Part shown: positions 48,392-57,674 of the stretch, piece by piece
Numbering within the stretch: the stretch's first letter is position 1
How the letters are laid out: every line of letters begins with the position of its first letter
DNA from: Nannocystis bainbridge
GTDB lineage: Bacteria > Myxococcota_A > Polyangia > Nannocystales > Nannocystaceae
Direction: 5' to 3'
Length of the DNA: 64,000 bases
NCBI RefSeq assembly: GCF_028368995.1
Contig: NZ_JAQNDL010000003.1
Location: 1,632,001-1,696,000 of the forward strand
Position numbers and translations under genes: made by a program
The notes under the pieces: generated by a model
Seen by the model: only the letters and a program-made list of their open reading frames with translations
Database searches by the model: none
What the model was told of the DNA's origin: nothing

Positions 48392-49512
48392 TGGACGATC
48401 CTGTAGTAGTTGACGCCCTGGTACTGGCGCGAGCGGTCGAGCTGCGCGGCCGCGGAGCTGCGGGCCACGAGCGGCTGCAGGTGGCGGCCCAGGCCGTGGC
48501 GGGCGATCAGCGAGTGCGGCTCGACGCTGCGGTACATGACGATCCCGCCGTCGCGGCTGGTGCGGAGGATCTCCGCGAACAGCTTGTGCTGCGCCGGCGC
48601 CGGCATCCAGTCGGGCGCGTCGCACAGCGTATAATGCGACCACGTGTGCGGCCCCGCCTCCCGGAGCACGTCGAAGATGTTGCGCCGGTGGAACCGCGTC
48701 TGCGTCGGGGCCCCGAACGAGCGCGCGTGGCGATCGCGGCGCAGGTACGGCGGCACCGCGTCGGGCACGTCGTGATTGTAGTGACCGGCGATCGCCGTCC
48801 ACGCGAACCAGTTGCGGGCCAGGTCGGTGGTGGCCACCCGCTTGACGTGGTCGACCAGGAAATCGACGATGCCGGCGCGCGAGGACTCGAGGATCCGGTC
48901 GCGCTGGGCGAAGTTGACGCCGAGCGCGACCAGGTTGATCGGGCTCTGCAGCACCGGCGCGATCAGCGGGTGACGCAACACCGGCGTCAGCGTGGCGTCG
49001 ATCAGCGCCGCCCGCTGCTCGACCGGCGTCGCGCACATCCGCCGCAGCCACGCCCCGTCGATCCCGGCCAGCCGCGTCAGCGCCGTGAACATCCGCGCCG
49101 TCAGGCCCTCGCGGTAGAACGCGCGGCGAAACATGGAATGCCGCTTGTGCCAGTAGCGCTGGACCCACTCCGGCAACGTCCCGGTCAGCCAGCGGATCAG
49201 CGACTCGTGCTCGGGGTGGGCGCCGCGGCCGAGCAGGTCGTAGAAGCGGTCGTAGCTGCGCAGGCGCTGGGCCGCGGCGGTCTTGAGGGCCGCGAGCGCC
49301 AGGTGATGCGGGTTGATGTCGACCGCGTCGATGCGCCGCGGGTGAGCGCTGAGGTGGCCGGCGATCCGGCAACCAGCGCCGGAGATGCCGAGCACCGTGC
49401 TGGTCTCGTCGAGGTCGAGGAATTGCTCGTCGACCTCGCTGTCCTCCCACAAGATGTTGTAGACGAACAGCCGCGAAAAGATGTGCTGAAAGGCCAGGTC
49501 GCGCAGGTGCAT
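48388..49512 (-). CDS. btaA: DUF3419 family SAM:diacylglycerol 3-amino-3-carboxypropyl transferase BtaA
   Basis: VYNILWEDSEVD, ISGAGC, AVDINPHHLAL..LK, NWFAW, PPYL, DAPDWM, DRS..Y.G. Confidence 0.87.
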   Translation of the reverse strand: MHLRDLAFQHIFSRLFVYNILWEDSEVDEQFLDLDETSTVLGISGAGCRIAGHLSAHPRRIDAVDINPHHLALAALKTAAAQRLRSYDRFYDLLGRGAHPEHESLIRWLTGTLPEWVQRYWHKRHSMFRRAFYREGLTARMFTALTRLAGIDGAWLRRMCATPVEQRAALIDATLTPVLRHPLIAPVLQSPINLVALGVNFAQRDRILESSRAGIVDFLVDHVKRVATTDLARNWFAWTAIAGHYNHDVPDAVPPYLRRDRHARSFGAPTQTRFHRRNIFDVLREAGPHTWSHYTLCDAPDWMPAPAQHKLFAEILRTSRDGGIVMYRSVEPHSLIARHGLGRHLQPLVARSSAAAQLDRSRQYQGVNYYRIVH

Positions 49513-49818
49513 CCGCGGCGCAGGAGACCACCCGCGCGTCACCGCCGGGCCGCATCGCCGCAAATCTTCGCCCGCGCCGCGTGACGGCCGGGCCACATGC
49601 ACGGGCGGCCCGTCGCTCGTGACGACTCCGCCGCGCCGCTGACGTTCGCGCGTGACGCCGGTGATACGACGAACCGCCGCTCGTCTGCACGACCCGGCTT
49701 CATCCGCGCGCTGCGACGGCCGCGCCCGTTCACCTGGCGTCGGGACCGCCCGGGCCGCGCCCCGCCTGCGCGGCGTCCGAGCCGGCGCGCCCGCCGGCCT
49801 GCGTACACTCGCGCCGTC

Positions 49819-50307
49819 ATGCAGCTCCGCTCGCCCGCGTTCGCCTCGATGGGACCGATCCCCCGCGCGCACACCTGCGAGGGTGACGACATTTCGCCGC
49901 CGCTCGAATGGGGCGACCCGCCCGCCGGCACCTGCAGCTTCGCGCTGATCGTGCAGGACCCCGACGCGCCCGACCCCGCCGCCCCGCGCCGCATTTGGGT
50001 CCACTGGATCGTCGTCGATCTGCCGCCCGATCTGCGAGCATTGCCGGCCGACGCGGCCGCGTCGCTGCCGTCGGGCGCGCGACACGGCGCGAACGACTGG
50101 GGCCGGACCGCGTGGGGCGGCCCGTGCCCGCCGATCGGCCGTCACCGCTATTTCTTCGCCCTCTACGCCCTCGACACCCGCCTCGACGCGCTCCAGGCCC
50201 CGACCCGCGCCGCGCTCGAGGCCGCGATGGCCGGGCGAATCCTGGCCCGCGCCGAGCTGGTCGGCACCTACGAGAAACAGCGCGCCGCCCCGCACCGCAC
50301 CGGATAA
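49819..50307 (+). CDS. YbhB/YbcL (PEBP/RKIP-like) protein
   Basis: TCEG.DISPPL.W, DPDAP, WVHW, GPCPP.G.HRYFF.LYALD. Confidence 0.92.
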   Translation: MQLRSPAFASMGPIPRAHTCEGDDISPPLEWGDPPAGTCSFALIVQDPDAPDPAAPRRIWVHWIVVDLPPDLRALPADAAASLPSGARHGANDWGRTAWGGPCPPIGRHRYFFALYALDTRLDALQAPTRAALEAAMAGRILARAELVGTYEKQRAAPHRTG

Positions 50308-50346
50308 CATGTCCATTCGGACATGTAACATGTCCGAATAGACAGG
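50307..50346. repeat. Palindrome array with a 7-bp phase shift, near-perfect overall inverted repeat
   Basis: TGTCC-ATTC-GGACA (50310) and TGTCC-GAAT-AGACA (50331); CATG at 50308, 50322 and 50329. Confidence 0.88.
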
Positions 50347-50352
50347 CCCGGT

Positions 50353-50628
50353 TCAACCACCGATGAGGATCTGCGGGAACCCGGCGACGATCGTGCCGCC
50401 GTGGCTGGTCGGGTCGCCCATGCGCGCCGCCGGCTTGCCGTCGACCAGCACGGTCGTCGAGCCGGAGGCGATGCTGTCCTGTCCGATCACACAGACGGCA
50501 GGATCTCCGACCCGCGCGGCCGGCAGGTAACCCATCAGCACTTTGGGCGAGCCGGCGGCGATGGGACCGCCGACGTGGTAGGGGATCGGGCACGTATGAA
50601 CGTCGGTAGCGCGGGCTGCAGGAGGCAT
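50353..50628 (-). CDS. PAAR-repeat spike tip protein
   Basis: Three PAAR motifs; HTCP, C and HGG zinc-ligand residues. Confidence 0.92.
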   Translation of the reverse strand: MPPAARATDVHTCPIPYHVGGPIAAGSPKVLMGYLPAARVGDPAVCVIGQDSIASGSTTVLVDGKPAARMGDPTSHGGTIVAGFPQILIGG

Positions 50629-50644
50629 GGCGAGTCTCCTCGGT

Positions 50645-52783
50645 TCAACCGTTGGGGGCCTGTTCGGACGGAGTGGGCGCCGTCGGCGACGTCGGCGCGG
50701 TGACGGAGGGCGCGCTCGGCGAGGCCGGCGAACCGGCGGCGCCGGGCAGGGCCGCGCCGCCGCTGTTGAGCTTGAGCAGGACGCCCTCGATGCTGACGCC
50801 GGCGCTGTCGATGGTGACGAAGCCGCCCGGGCCCTGCAGGGTGATCCCGGTGGTCGCCTTCAAGATGAGCGTCATGCCCTCGACCACCACCGTGCCGGTC
50901 GCCTTGGTGCTGGCGTCGCCGGTGACGCTGACGTTGCTGTCGCCGAGGCTGCTGAGGCTGTGCGCGCCCATGACCGAGATCCGCTGCGCGCCGCCGATCT
51001 TGAGGTCGAGGCCGCCGCCGATGCCGAGCGTCGTCTGCCCGCTGACGTCGACGTCGACCGTCGCGCCGAAGCTGGCGCTGGCCGCCCCGCCGACCTTGGT
51101 GTGGGCCACGCCGACGACCTCGGTGTGGGCCGCCCCGCCGATCTTCGTCATCGCGTCGGCGCCGACGGTGCGGTGCTCGTCCTTGCCGACCTGCGCCTTG
51201 CGATCGTTGAGGACCTTGTGGTGCTCGTCGTGGCCGACGGTCTCGCGGCGGTCGTTGCGGACCGTGAGGTCCATGTCGCGCTGGGCGTGCACGAACACCT
51301 GCTCGTCGCCCTTGGCGTCCTCGAAGCGCAGCTCGTTGAAGCCGCCGCCGGTGTAGGTCTCGCTCTTGATCGTGCTCTTGGTCTTCTCGTCGGGCAGCGG
51401 GTACGGCGTGGCGTTGTTGCCGTGGTACACGCGCCCGGTGACGATCGGCCGGTCGGGGTCGCCCTCGATGAAGTCGACGATCACCTCGTGGCCAACGCGC
51501 GGGATGAACATCGCCCCGTAGCCGTTACCGGCCCACGCCTGGCTGACGCGCACCCAGCACGACGACTTTTCGTCGCTCTTGCCCTCGCGGTCCCAGTGGA
51601 ACTGGACCTTCACGCGCCCGTGCTCGTCGACGTGCACCTCTTCGCCGGCCGGACCGACCACGGTCGCGGTCTGCACCCCGCGCACCTGCGGCCGCGGCGT
51701 GGCCCGCGGGGCCCGGTACGGCACGCTGCTGGGGATGCAGGTGAACTCGCCGCGGTAGACCAGCTCCTGCTCGGCGGTGTGGTCGATCGTGCTCGGCTGC
51801 TCGCCGAAGTGATTCACGCGCAGCACCCGGTACTCGCCGTCGAGCTCGACGCGCGGGTGGTCGGCCAGCTTGAACCCGAAGCCCGGGGTCAGGCGCGGCG
51901 AGTCGGTGGTGCCGCGACCGACCCGCTTCACCGCCTGGGCCGCCTCGAGCTCCGACTTCGCCAGCCGCTTGCCGAGCCCCGCGTCCTGGAACTCGCCCGG
52001 GAAGTCGTAGAGCTCGAACGTCGGCTTGGCGCCGGCGTGCTCGGCCTCGAGCAGGCGGTCCGGCTGGTGCAGGTTGAAGTCGCGCAGCGTCACGTGGTCG
52101 GGCCGGATCTCCTCGCTCATGCGGAACAGCCCGACGTGCTCCTTGTCGCGGACCATGTCGTCGATGCGGAACGGCAGCGTCGGCTCGCCCACGATCAACG
52201 GCGCCCCGCCGGCACGGTCGCTGATCACCATCACGTGGCGCTTCGCCGCGTGGTCGAAGTAATAGACGATGCCCTCCTCCTCCATCAGTCGGCTGATGAA
52301 CTGGAGGTCCGTCTCGCGGTACTGCACGCAGTAGTCGCGCGGCGCGTAGCTCCCGGTCAGCTCGAACTGCTGGCGGCGGCGGCTGATGCCGGCCCCGTCG
52401 AGCACCTTGCGCAGGATGTCCGGCGTCGACATCTGCTGGAAGATCCGCGAATTGGTGCGAAACAGCAGCGTATAAAGCTGCGGCACCAGCGTGATGCGGT
52501 ACATCGCCCGCGGCCGCATCTCGCCGGTGTACTCGGCGCGCAGGATGATCCCGTGGACCAGCCGCGGCTCGCCGACGCCGACCACCTTGAGCAGCGCGCT
52601 GCGTCCGACCAGCTCGCCGACCTCGATGTGGCGGGCGACGACGTCGAGGTGGAACTCGTACAGCGCCGAGATGCCCTCGCTGCCGCTGAAGCGCACGACC
52701 CAGAAGTTGTCGCTGAGCCCCTCGATCTCGAACGTACACGAGCGATCAGCTTGACGTGCGACCAGCAGCAGCTCCGACTCCAT
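50645..52783 (-). CDS. vgrG: Type VI secretion spike protein VgrG
   Basis: GSEGISALY, YCVQYRETD..FISRLMEEEGI.Y, GVQTATVVGP, GRVKVQFHWDR, WVRVSQ.WAG, PRVG.EV.V.F..GDPDRP, NELRFED, gp5-like repeats; GGAGG RBS. Confidence 0.95.
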   Translation of the reverse strand: MESELLLVARQADRSCTFEIEGLSDNFWVVRFSGSEGISALYEFHLDVVARHIEVGELVGRSALLKVVGVGEPRLVHGIILRAEYTGEMRPRAMYRITLVPQLYTLLFRTNSRIFQQMSTPDILRKVLDGAGISRRRQQFELTGSYAPRDYCVQYRETDLQFISRLMEEEGIVYYFDHAAKRHVMVISDRAGGAPLIVGEPTLPFRIDDMVRDKEHVGLFRMSEEIRPDHVTLRDFNLHQPDRLLEAEHAGAKPTFELYDFPGEFQDAGLGKRLAKSELEAAQAVKRVGRGTTDSPRLTPGFGFKLADHPRVELDGEYRVLRVNHFGEQPSTIDHTAEQELVYRGEFTCIPSSVPYRAPRATPRPQVRGVQTATVVGPAGEEVHVDEHGRVKVQFHWDREGKSDEKSSCWVRVSQAWAGNGYGAMFIPRVGHEVIVDFIEGDPDRPIVTGRVYHGNNATPYPLPDEKTKSTIKSETYTGGGFNELRFEDAKGDEQVFVHAQRDMDLTVRNDRRETVGHDEHHKVLNDRKAQVGKDEHRTVGADAMTKIGGAAHTEVVGVAHTKVGGAASASFGATVDVDVSGQTTLGIGGGLDLKIGGAQRISVMGAHSLSSLGDSNVSVTGDASTKATGTVVVEGMTLILKATTGITLQGPGGFVTIDSAGVSIEGVLLKLNSGGAALPGAAGSPASPSAPSVTAPTSPTAPTPSEQAPNG

Positions 52784-52914
52784 CGCCGACCCTCCAGCTC
52801 GGCTCTTATCACGCGGCTGCGCGCCGGTGCAAACAGAACGGGCCGTGCGGGCTGTTCCGCGCGCCGCCGGGCGAAGCCGCGCCCGCGCCCGCGCGCGATC
52901 GACTGGCCTGCATT

Positions 52915-52951
52915 TCACATGTCTCATGGGACATGACCTTCGAGACATGAA
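52915..52951. repeat. 14-bp-phased palindrome array upstream of vgrG
   Basis: CATG at 52918, 52932 and 52946; TGTCT-CATG-GGACA. Confidence 0.88.
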
Positions 52952-53236
52952 GAGGTCGCGTCCGCCGCGCTCGCGCCCGCGAACGCCCGTCCCGGCCGCG
53001 CTCCGCCGGGCGTGCGCGGTCGCGGCACGGCCGCGCCCGGATGCGCTAACCTGCCCCGGCCGCACGGGATCGGCCCGCATCGGTCTTTGTGTAATTCCCT
53101 GACCCCGGACGACGCGCATGACATCGCCTCGAAGCCGCATGCTGCCGGACAATCCGATCCTCCACGACGCCGACCGCGAGCAGCACGAAGACCTGGGCAT
53201 CCGGGCGGCCCTGCACGAGGCCAGGACCGCGGCGAC

Positions 53237-54493
53237 ATGAGCGGTGACGAGCTGGAGCGCCTCAGCCAGGCGATCGCCCTCGCCGACGGCTTCCAGCTGC
53301 TGGTGCTCGAGTGCCACGACCTCGACGCGTGGGACCTTCACCGCCTGTTCGACGCGGTCCAGACCCGCGTCGCCGCGTTGCGTGGAGTGCCGCCGCTGGT
53401 GCTGGTCTATGACCCGCACGTGACCACGCGCGAGTCTGGCAGCCTGCGCGACGAGGCGTGGGTCGAAGGTGTCCTCGAGGCCATCCTGCGCGTGCCGGCG
53501 ACCGACACGGAGGAGGCCTCTGTGGTCGCGGTGATCGACGGCACCGGATTCGACGAGGCCGATGCGGACAGCCGCGAGCTACTCAGCTGGGAGTTCCTGT
53601 TTCATCGCATGAACGAGCGCCGCAATGCGGTCAGCCGCACCCTGCGCGGGACGCTGGCGCTGGCGCTGCCGCCCGCGCTGGTGCGCGTGTTCCTCGAGGA
53701 GGCGCCGGACGTGGCTTCGATCCGCAGCGACATGATCGGCCTGAATCCGTCACACGTACCAGCTTCACCCGGCCGCCCGCAGCTGACGCGCCGCATGGGC
53801 TACGCGCCCGAGCTGCTGCGCGAGGCGGCGCTGCGCCGCCTCGCCGCCGATCCGCGGCTCGAGCCGTCGGCGCGGGACAACGCCCGCCGCGCGCTCGCGC
53901 CGGCCTCGCAGCACGAAGAATCACCCCCGGCCGCGCATGATCCTGCGAGGCAGGCGCTGCTCGAGCTGCTGCTGTCGCTCTTCTCCGTCGACGAGCTGCA
54001 CCGCATCACCGTCTATCAGTTCGGGACGGAGCTTGGCGCGCAGCTGCCCATGCAAGCGCCGGCCGCGAGCGTCGCCTTGGCGCTGATCACCAGCCTCGAG
54101 CGACGCGGGCTGCTCGACGACAACTTCTTCGCGCTGCTCCGCCGCGAGCGTCCGCGCCGCACGCCGGAGATCGATCGGGTCCAGCAGCTCCACGGCGGGC
54201 CGTCAGCGCGCCCGCTCGTTACCTCGTCGTGGCGCTGGACGCCGTCGCCCGAGGAGCTGCACCTCGCGCTGCTCGAGCTGCCGCGCGCGCAGGTCCACCA
54301 GGCCGTGCAGCTCGCGGAGGACGAACGCGTCAGCGCGCCGCTGACCCGCAGCGGCGCCGCGCACGCCAGGAGCGTGCAGCGGGCCCGCATGTCGGTGCGC
54401 GACATCGTCAACCAGGCCGCAAACCAGGGCCCGGACGCGCTGCAGCGCCTCGCCGACGCGCTGGTGACTCTCGGCTACCAGCCGCGCGCCTGA
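53237..54493 (+). CDS. Hypothetical protein: degenerate NTPase-like N-domain plus EAD-like helical domain
   Basis: N-domain ERLSQAIALADGFQL...RMNERRN...LALP......APD..SIRS; internal LLELLLSLFSVDEL...LERRGLLDDNFF.LL.RERPRR. Confidence 0.6.
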   Translation: MSGDELERLSQAIALADGFQLLVLECHDLDAWDLHRLFDAVQTRVAALRGVPPLVLVYDPHVTTRESGSLRDEAWVEGVLEAILRVPATDTEEASVVAVIDGTGFDEADADSRELLSWEFLFHRMNERRNAVSRTLRGTLALALPPALVRVFLEEAPDVASIRSDMIGLNPSHVPASPGRPQLTRRMGYAPELLREAALRRLAADPRLEPSARDNARRALAPASQHEESPPAAHDPARQALLELLLSLFSVDELHRITVYQFGTELGAQLPMQAPAASVALALITSLERRGLLDDNFFALLRRERPRRTPEIDRVQQLHGGPSARPLVTSSWRWTPSPEELHLALLELPRAQVHQAVQLAEDERVSAPLTRSGAAHARSVQRARMSVRDIVNQAANQGPDALQRLADALVTLGYQPRA

Positions 54494-54555
54494 GGTCCCG
54501 GCACGCACCTGCGGGCCTCGCAACGCACCCTGGTGGTTGTGCCATCATCGCCGAC

Positions 54556-56391
54556 GTGCGCCCCGCCCCGCTGCTCGCCGTGGCCGCGTTCGCCGGCGCG
54601 GCCGCGGTCGCCTCGATCTCCGGCCGCCTCGGCGATCATCACGAGCGCCGACGCAGCCACGCGGAGCTCACGCGACACACGCCCGCGATCGGTCGCAGCG
54701 GCTACGTCGGCTCGGACGCGTGCGCCCCGTGTCACCCGGCCGCGCACGCCAGCTGGGCGGCCACCTATCACCGCACCATGACCCAGCGCGCCGGCCCGGA
54801 CAGCGTGCTCGCCCCGTTCGACGGCCGCGACCTCGACGGCCCCGGCGGCCCGCACCGCCCGCTGCGCCGCGGCGACGAGTTCTGGGCCGAGCTGCCCGAC
54901 CCCGAGCACAAGCTCGCGCGCGCCGCCGAAGGCTTGCCTCTGGGACATGTCCCGAAGGTCATGCGCCGCATCGTCATGACCACCGGCTCGCACCACATGC
55001 AGGTCTACTGGGTCGAGAGCCCGCGCGACCGCCGGCTGCACGCCTTCCCCTCGGCGTGGCTGACCGACGAGCAGAAGTGGGTCCCGGTCGAGAGCACCCT
55101 GCTGCGGCCGCCACAGGGCGACGTCGTCTACACCTGGAACCGCGCCTGCGTGCCGTGCCACGCCGTCGCCGGCCAGCCGCGCATCGACGACGCCCGCGTC
55201 GACACCCGCGTCGCCGAGCTCGGGATCGCCTGCGAATCGTGCCACGGCCCCGGTCGCGCCCACGTCGAAGCCCGCCGCAGCCCGCTGGCCCGCTACGCCA
55301 TGCACCTGTCCCCGGGGCCAGATCCATCGATCGTCCAGCCGGCCCGCCTCGACCACCGCCGCAGCGCCGAGCTGTGCGGCCAGTGCCACGGCGTGGCCCG
55401 CTTCCCCGACGAGGCCACCTGGCTGGCCCGCGGCGACGCCTATCGCCCCGGCGAGCCGCTCGCGCCGCACCGTCAGTTGGTCCGCCACCCGGTGCGCGAG
55501 GCCCAGCCGTGGCTCGACGCCGTGCTCGACGAGGACCCCGAGTACCTCGCCGGTCGCATGTGGTCCGACGGCCACGTGCGCGTGACCGGCCGCGAGTACA
55601 CCGGCCTGCTCGAGACCCCGTGCTTCCAGCGCGGCGAGCTGTCGTGCCTGTCGTGCCATCAGTTGCACGGGTCCGATCCCGACGACCAGCTGCGCGCGGC
55701 GGCGACCGGCGACGGCGCCTGTACTTCGTGCCATGTCCTTCCGGACATCCAGGCCCACACCCGTCACCCGGCCGGCAGCGTCTCGTGCTACGACTGCCAC
55801 ATGCCGCGGACCTCCTACGGCCTGCTGGGGGCAGTCCGCAGCCACGTGATCGACAGCCCCGATCTCGCCGTCACCCTCGCCACCGGCCGCCCCGACGCCT
55901 GCAGCCTGTGCCACGTCGATCGCCCGCTGGCGTGGACCGCCGGCCACCTGCGCGGCTGGTACGGCCACCCCGAGCCCGAGCTCGCGGGCCATCAGCGGAC
56001 CGTCGCCGCGGCTGTCCTTTGGGCCATCTCGGGCGACGCCGGCCAGCGGGCTCTGGCCGCCGACGCGCTCGGCCGCGGCGACATCGTCGGCCCCGACTGG
56101 CGCGCGCCGATCCTCGCGCACCTGCTGGCCGACCCCTACGACGCGGTGCGGCAGATCGCCGCCCGCGGGCTGCGAAGGCTGCCGAGCGCCGCCGGCCTCG
56201 AGGTCGACGGGCTCGCGCCCGCGGAGGTGCGCGAGACCACCGCGGCCGAGCTGCTCATCCGCTGGCGCGCGGCCCCGCGGCCTGGCCCCGACCCCGCGCG
56301 GCTCGTCGATCCCGCCGGCGATCACGATCTCGCGACCCTGCAGGCGCTGGCCGCCCACCGCGACGAGCGCCCGATCGACCTGAAGGAGTAG
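54556..56391 (+). CDS. Octaheme c-type cytochrome with C-terminal HEAT-like region
   Basis: Eight CXXCH motifs (CAPCH, CVPCH, CESCH, CGQCH, CLSCH, CTSCH, CYDCH, CSLCH); N-terminal hydrophobic segment; YVGS..C start. Confidence 0.85.
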   Translation: MRPAPLLAVAAFAGAAAVASISGRLGDHHERRRSHAELTRHTPAIGRSGYVGSDACAPCHPAAHASWAATYHRTMTQRAGPDSVLAPFDGRDLDGPGGPHRPLRRGDEFWAELPDPEHKLARAAEGLPLGHVPKVMRRIVMTTGSHHMQVYWVESPRDRRLHAFPSAWLTDEQKWVPVESTLLRPPQGDVVYTWNRACVPCHAVAGQPRIDDARVDTRVAELGIACESCHGPGRAHVEARRSPLARYAMHLSPGPDPSIVQPARLDHRRSAELCGQCHGVARFPDEATWLARGDAYRPGEPLAPHRQLVRHPVREAQPWLDAVLDEDPEYLAGRMWSDGHVRVTGREYTGLLETPCFQRGELSCLSCHQLHGSDPDDQLRAAATGDGACTSCHVLPDIQAHTRHPAGSVSCYDCHMPRTSYGLLGAVRSHVIDSPDLAVTLATGRPDACSLCHVDRPLAWTAGHLRGWYGHPEPELAGHQRTVAAAVLWAISGDAGQRALAADALGRGDIVGPDWRAPILAHLLADPYDAVRQIAARGLRRLPSAAGLEVDGLAPAEVRETTAAELLIRWRAAPRPGPDPARLVDPAGDHDLATLQALAAHRDERPIDLKE

Positions 56392-56579
56392 CCGATGCCG
56401 CCCCCCTGCCGTGAACTCGACTGCCCCGCTCGCGGTGCCTATCTCCGACCGCAGCGCGGTGACGCTCGAACGCCGATTCCGAGGAGCACCAAGCCTGCTC
56501 GCTCACCGCGAACTCGCGAGCCCGTGACGAAGCTCGACCGCGCCGCCGGTGACCCGTTCGCTCGCGCGAGATATCACCG

Positions 56580-57035
56580 ATGATCGCTGCCGACCCCGCC
56601 CCCGCGGACCGCTACGCCGCCCGCCACCTGCGGAGCGGCTGGCTGTGCCTGCTGGTGTTCCTCGCCGCCGGCCTCGCGCTCGAGTCGCTGCACGGCCTCA
56701 AGGTCGCGGCCTACCTCGACCTCGACCAGGCGGTGCGGCGGCACATGTGGACGCTCGCCCACGCTCACGGCGCCCTGCTCGGGCTGGTCCACCTCGGGCT
56801 CGCCGCCACCGCCCGCGCTCACCCGTCTCTTGCGACATGTTCTCATGGACATGTCGCATCGGTCAGCCTCGACCTCGCCAGCCTGCTGCTGCCGCTCGGC
56901 TTCTTCCTCGGCGGCCTGTGGCACTACGCCGGCGACCCCGGCCTCGGCGTCCTGCTGGTCCCGGTGGGCGGCGCGCTGCTGGTGCTCGCCGCCCTGCAGG
57001 TGTTGCTGGGCCTGCGCCCCGCCCCGGAGGCGTGA
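56580..57035 (+). CDS. Four-TM membrane protein with AHAHG motif
   Basis: Hydrophobic segments, LESLHG, MWTLAHAHG, GDPG. Confidence 0.68.
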   Translation: MIAADPAPADRYAARHLRSGWLCLLVFLAAGLALESLHGLKVAAYLDLDQAVRRHMWTLAHAHGALLGLVHLGLAATARAHPSLATCSHGHVASVSLDLASLLLPLGFFLGGLWHYAGDPGLGVLLVPVGGALLVLAALQVLLGLRPAPEA

Positions 57036-57062
57036 GCGCGCGCGGCGTGCTATCGTGCGTGG

Positions 57063-57641
57063 GTGTCGACCGCCCGCAAGCTCGCTACCTACGACGACCT
57101 CCTCGCCGACCCGAGCGAGGCCAAGACCGAGATCTTCGACGGGGAGATCCACGTCCAGCCGAGCCCCCTGGCCGGCCACGGTCGGGCGCAGCTCGCCCTC
57201 GGGCGATTCATCGGCGGGCCCTTCGACGGTGACCGGCGCGGGCCCGGCGGGTGGTGGATCCTGGCCGAGATGGACGTCCGCTTCGACGTCCACAACGTCG
57301 TCCGTCCGGATGTGGTCGGCTGGCGCCGGTCCCGACTGCCGGATCCATGGAACTCTCGACCGATCGACGTCGTGCCCGACTGGATCTGCGAGGTCCTCTC
57401 GCCCTCCACCGCCAAGATCGACCGCGTGCGCAAGCGGCAGCTCTACGCCCGCCATGGCGTCCCGCACTACTGGCTCGTCGACCCGATCGACCGCGTGCTC
57501 GAGGCCTTCGTCCTCGACGGCGCCGAGTGGCGGCTCGCCGGCACCTACGACGACACCGACATCGCCCGCATCCCTCCGTTCGAGGCCATCGAGATCCCGC
57601 TCGAAGAGCTATTCCCGCCCCTGCCGCCGCCGCCCGCTTGA
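57063..57641 (+). CDS. Uma2 family (DUF820) endonuclease-fold protein
   Basis: EIFDGE...PSP...H, RPDVVGW, PDWICEVLSPST...DR..K..LYA..GV..YWLVDP. Confidence 0.92.
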   Translation: MSTARKLATYDDLLADPSEAKTEIFDGEIHVQPSPLAGHGRAQLALGRFIGGPFDGDRRGPGGWWILAEMDVRFDVHNVVRPDVVGWRRSRLPDPWNSRPIDVVPDWICEVLSPSTAKIDRVRKRQLYARHGVPHYWLVDPIDRVLEAFVLDGAEWRLAGTYDDTDIARIPPFEAIEIPLEELFPPLPPPPA

Positions 57642-57674
57642 CCTGCGCCGCCGCGGCTCGGTTATCCTCCGCGC

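Noticed and set aside
50645-52783. vgrG/PAAR as a prophage tail remnant
   Set aside because: The sequence has T6SS VgrG motifs throughout and no other phage genes are nearby.
57063-57641. Uma2 gene as a mobile element or restriction system
   Set aside because: No methyltransferase, terminal repeats or target duplication; the family is commonly expanded as stand-alone genes in myxobacteria.
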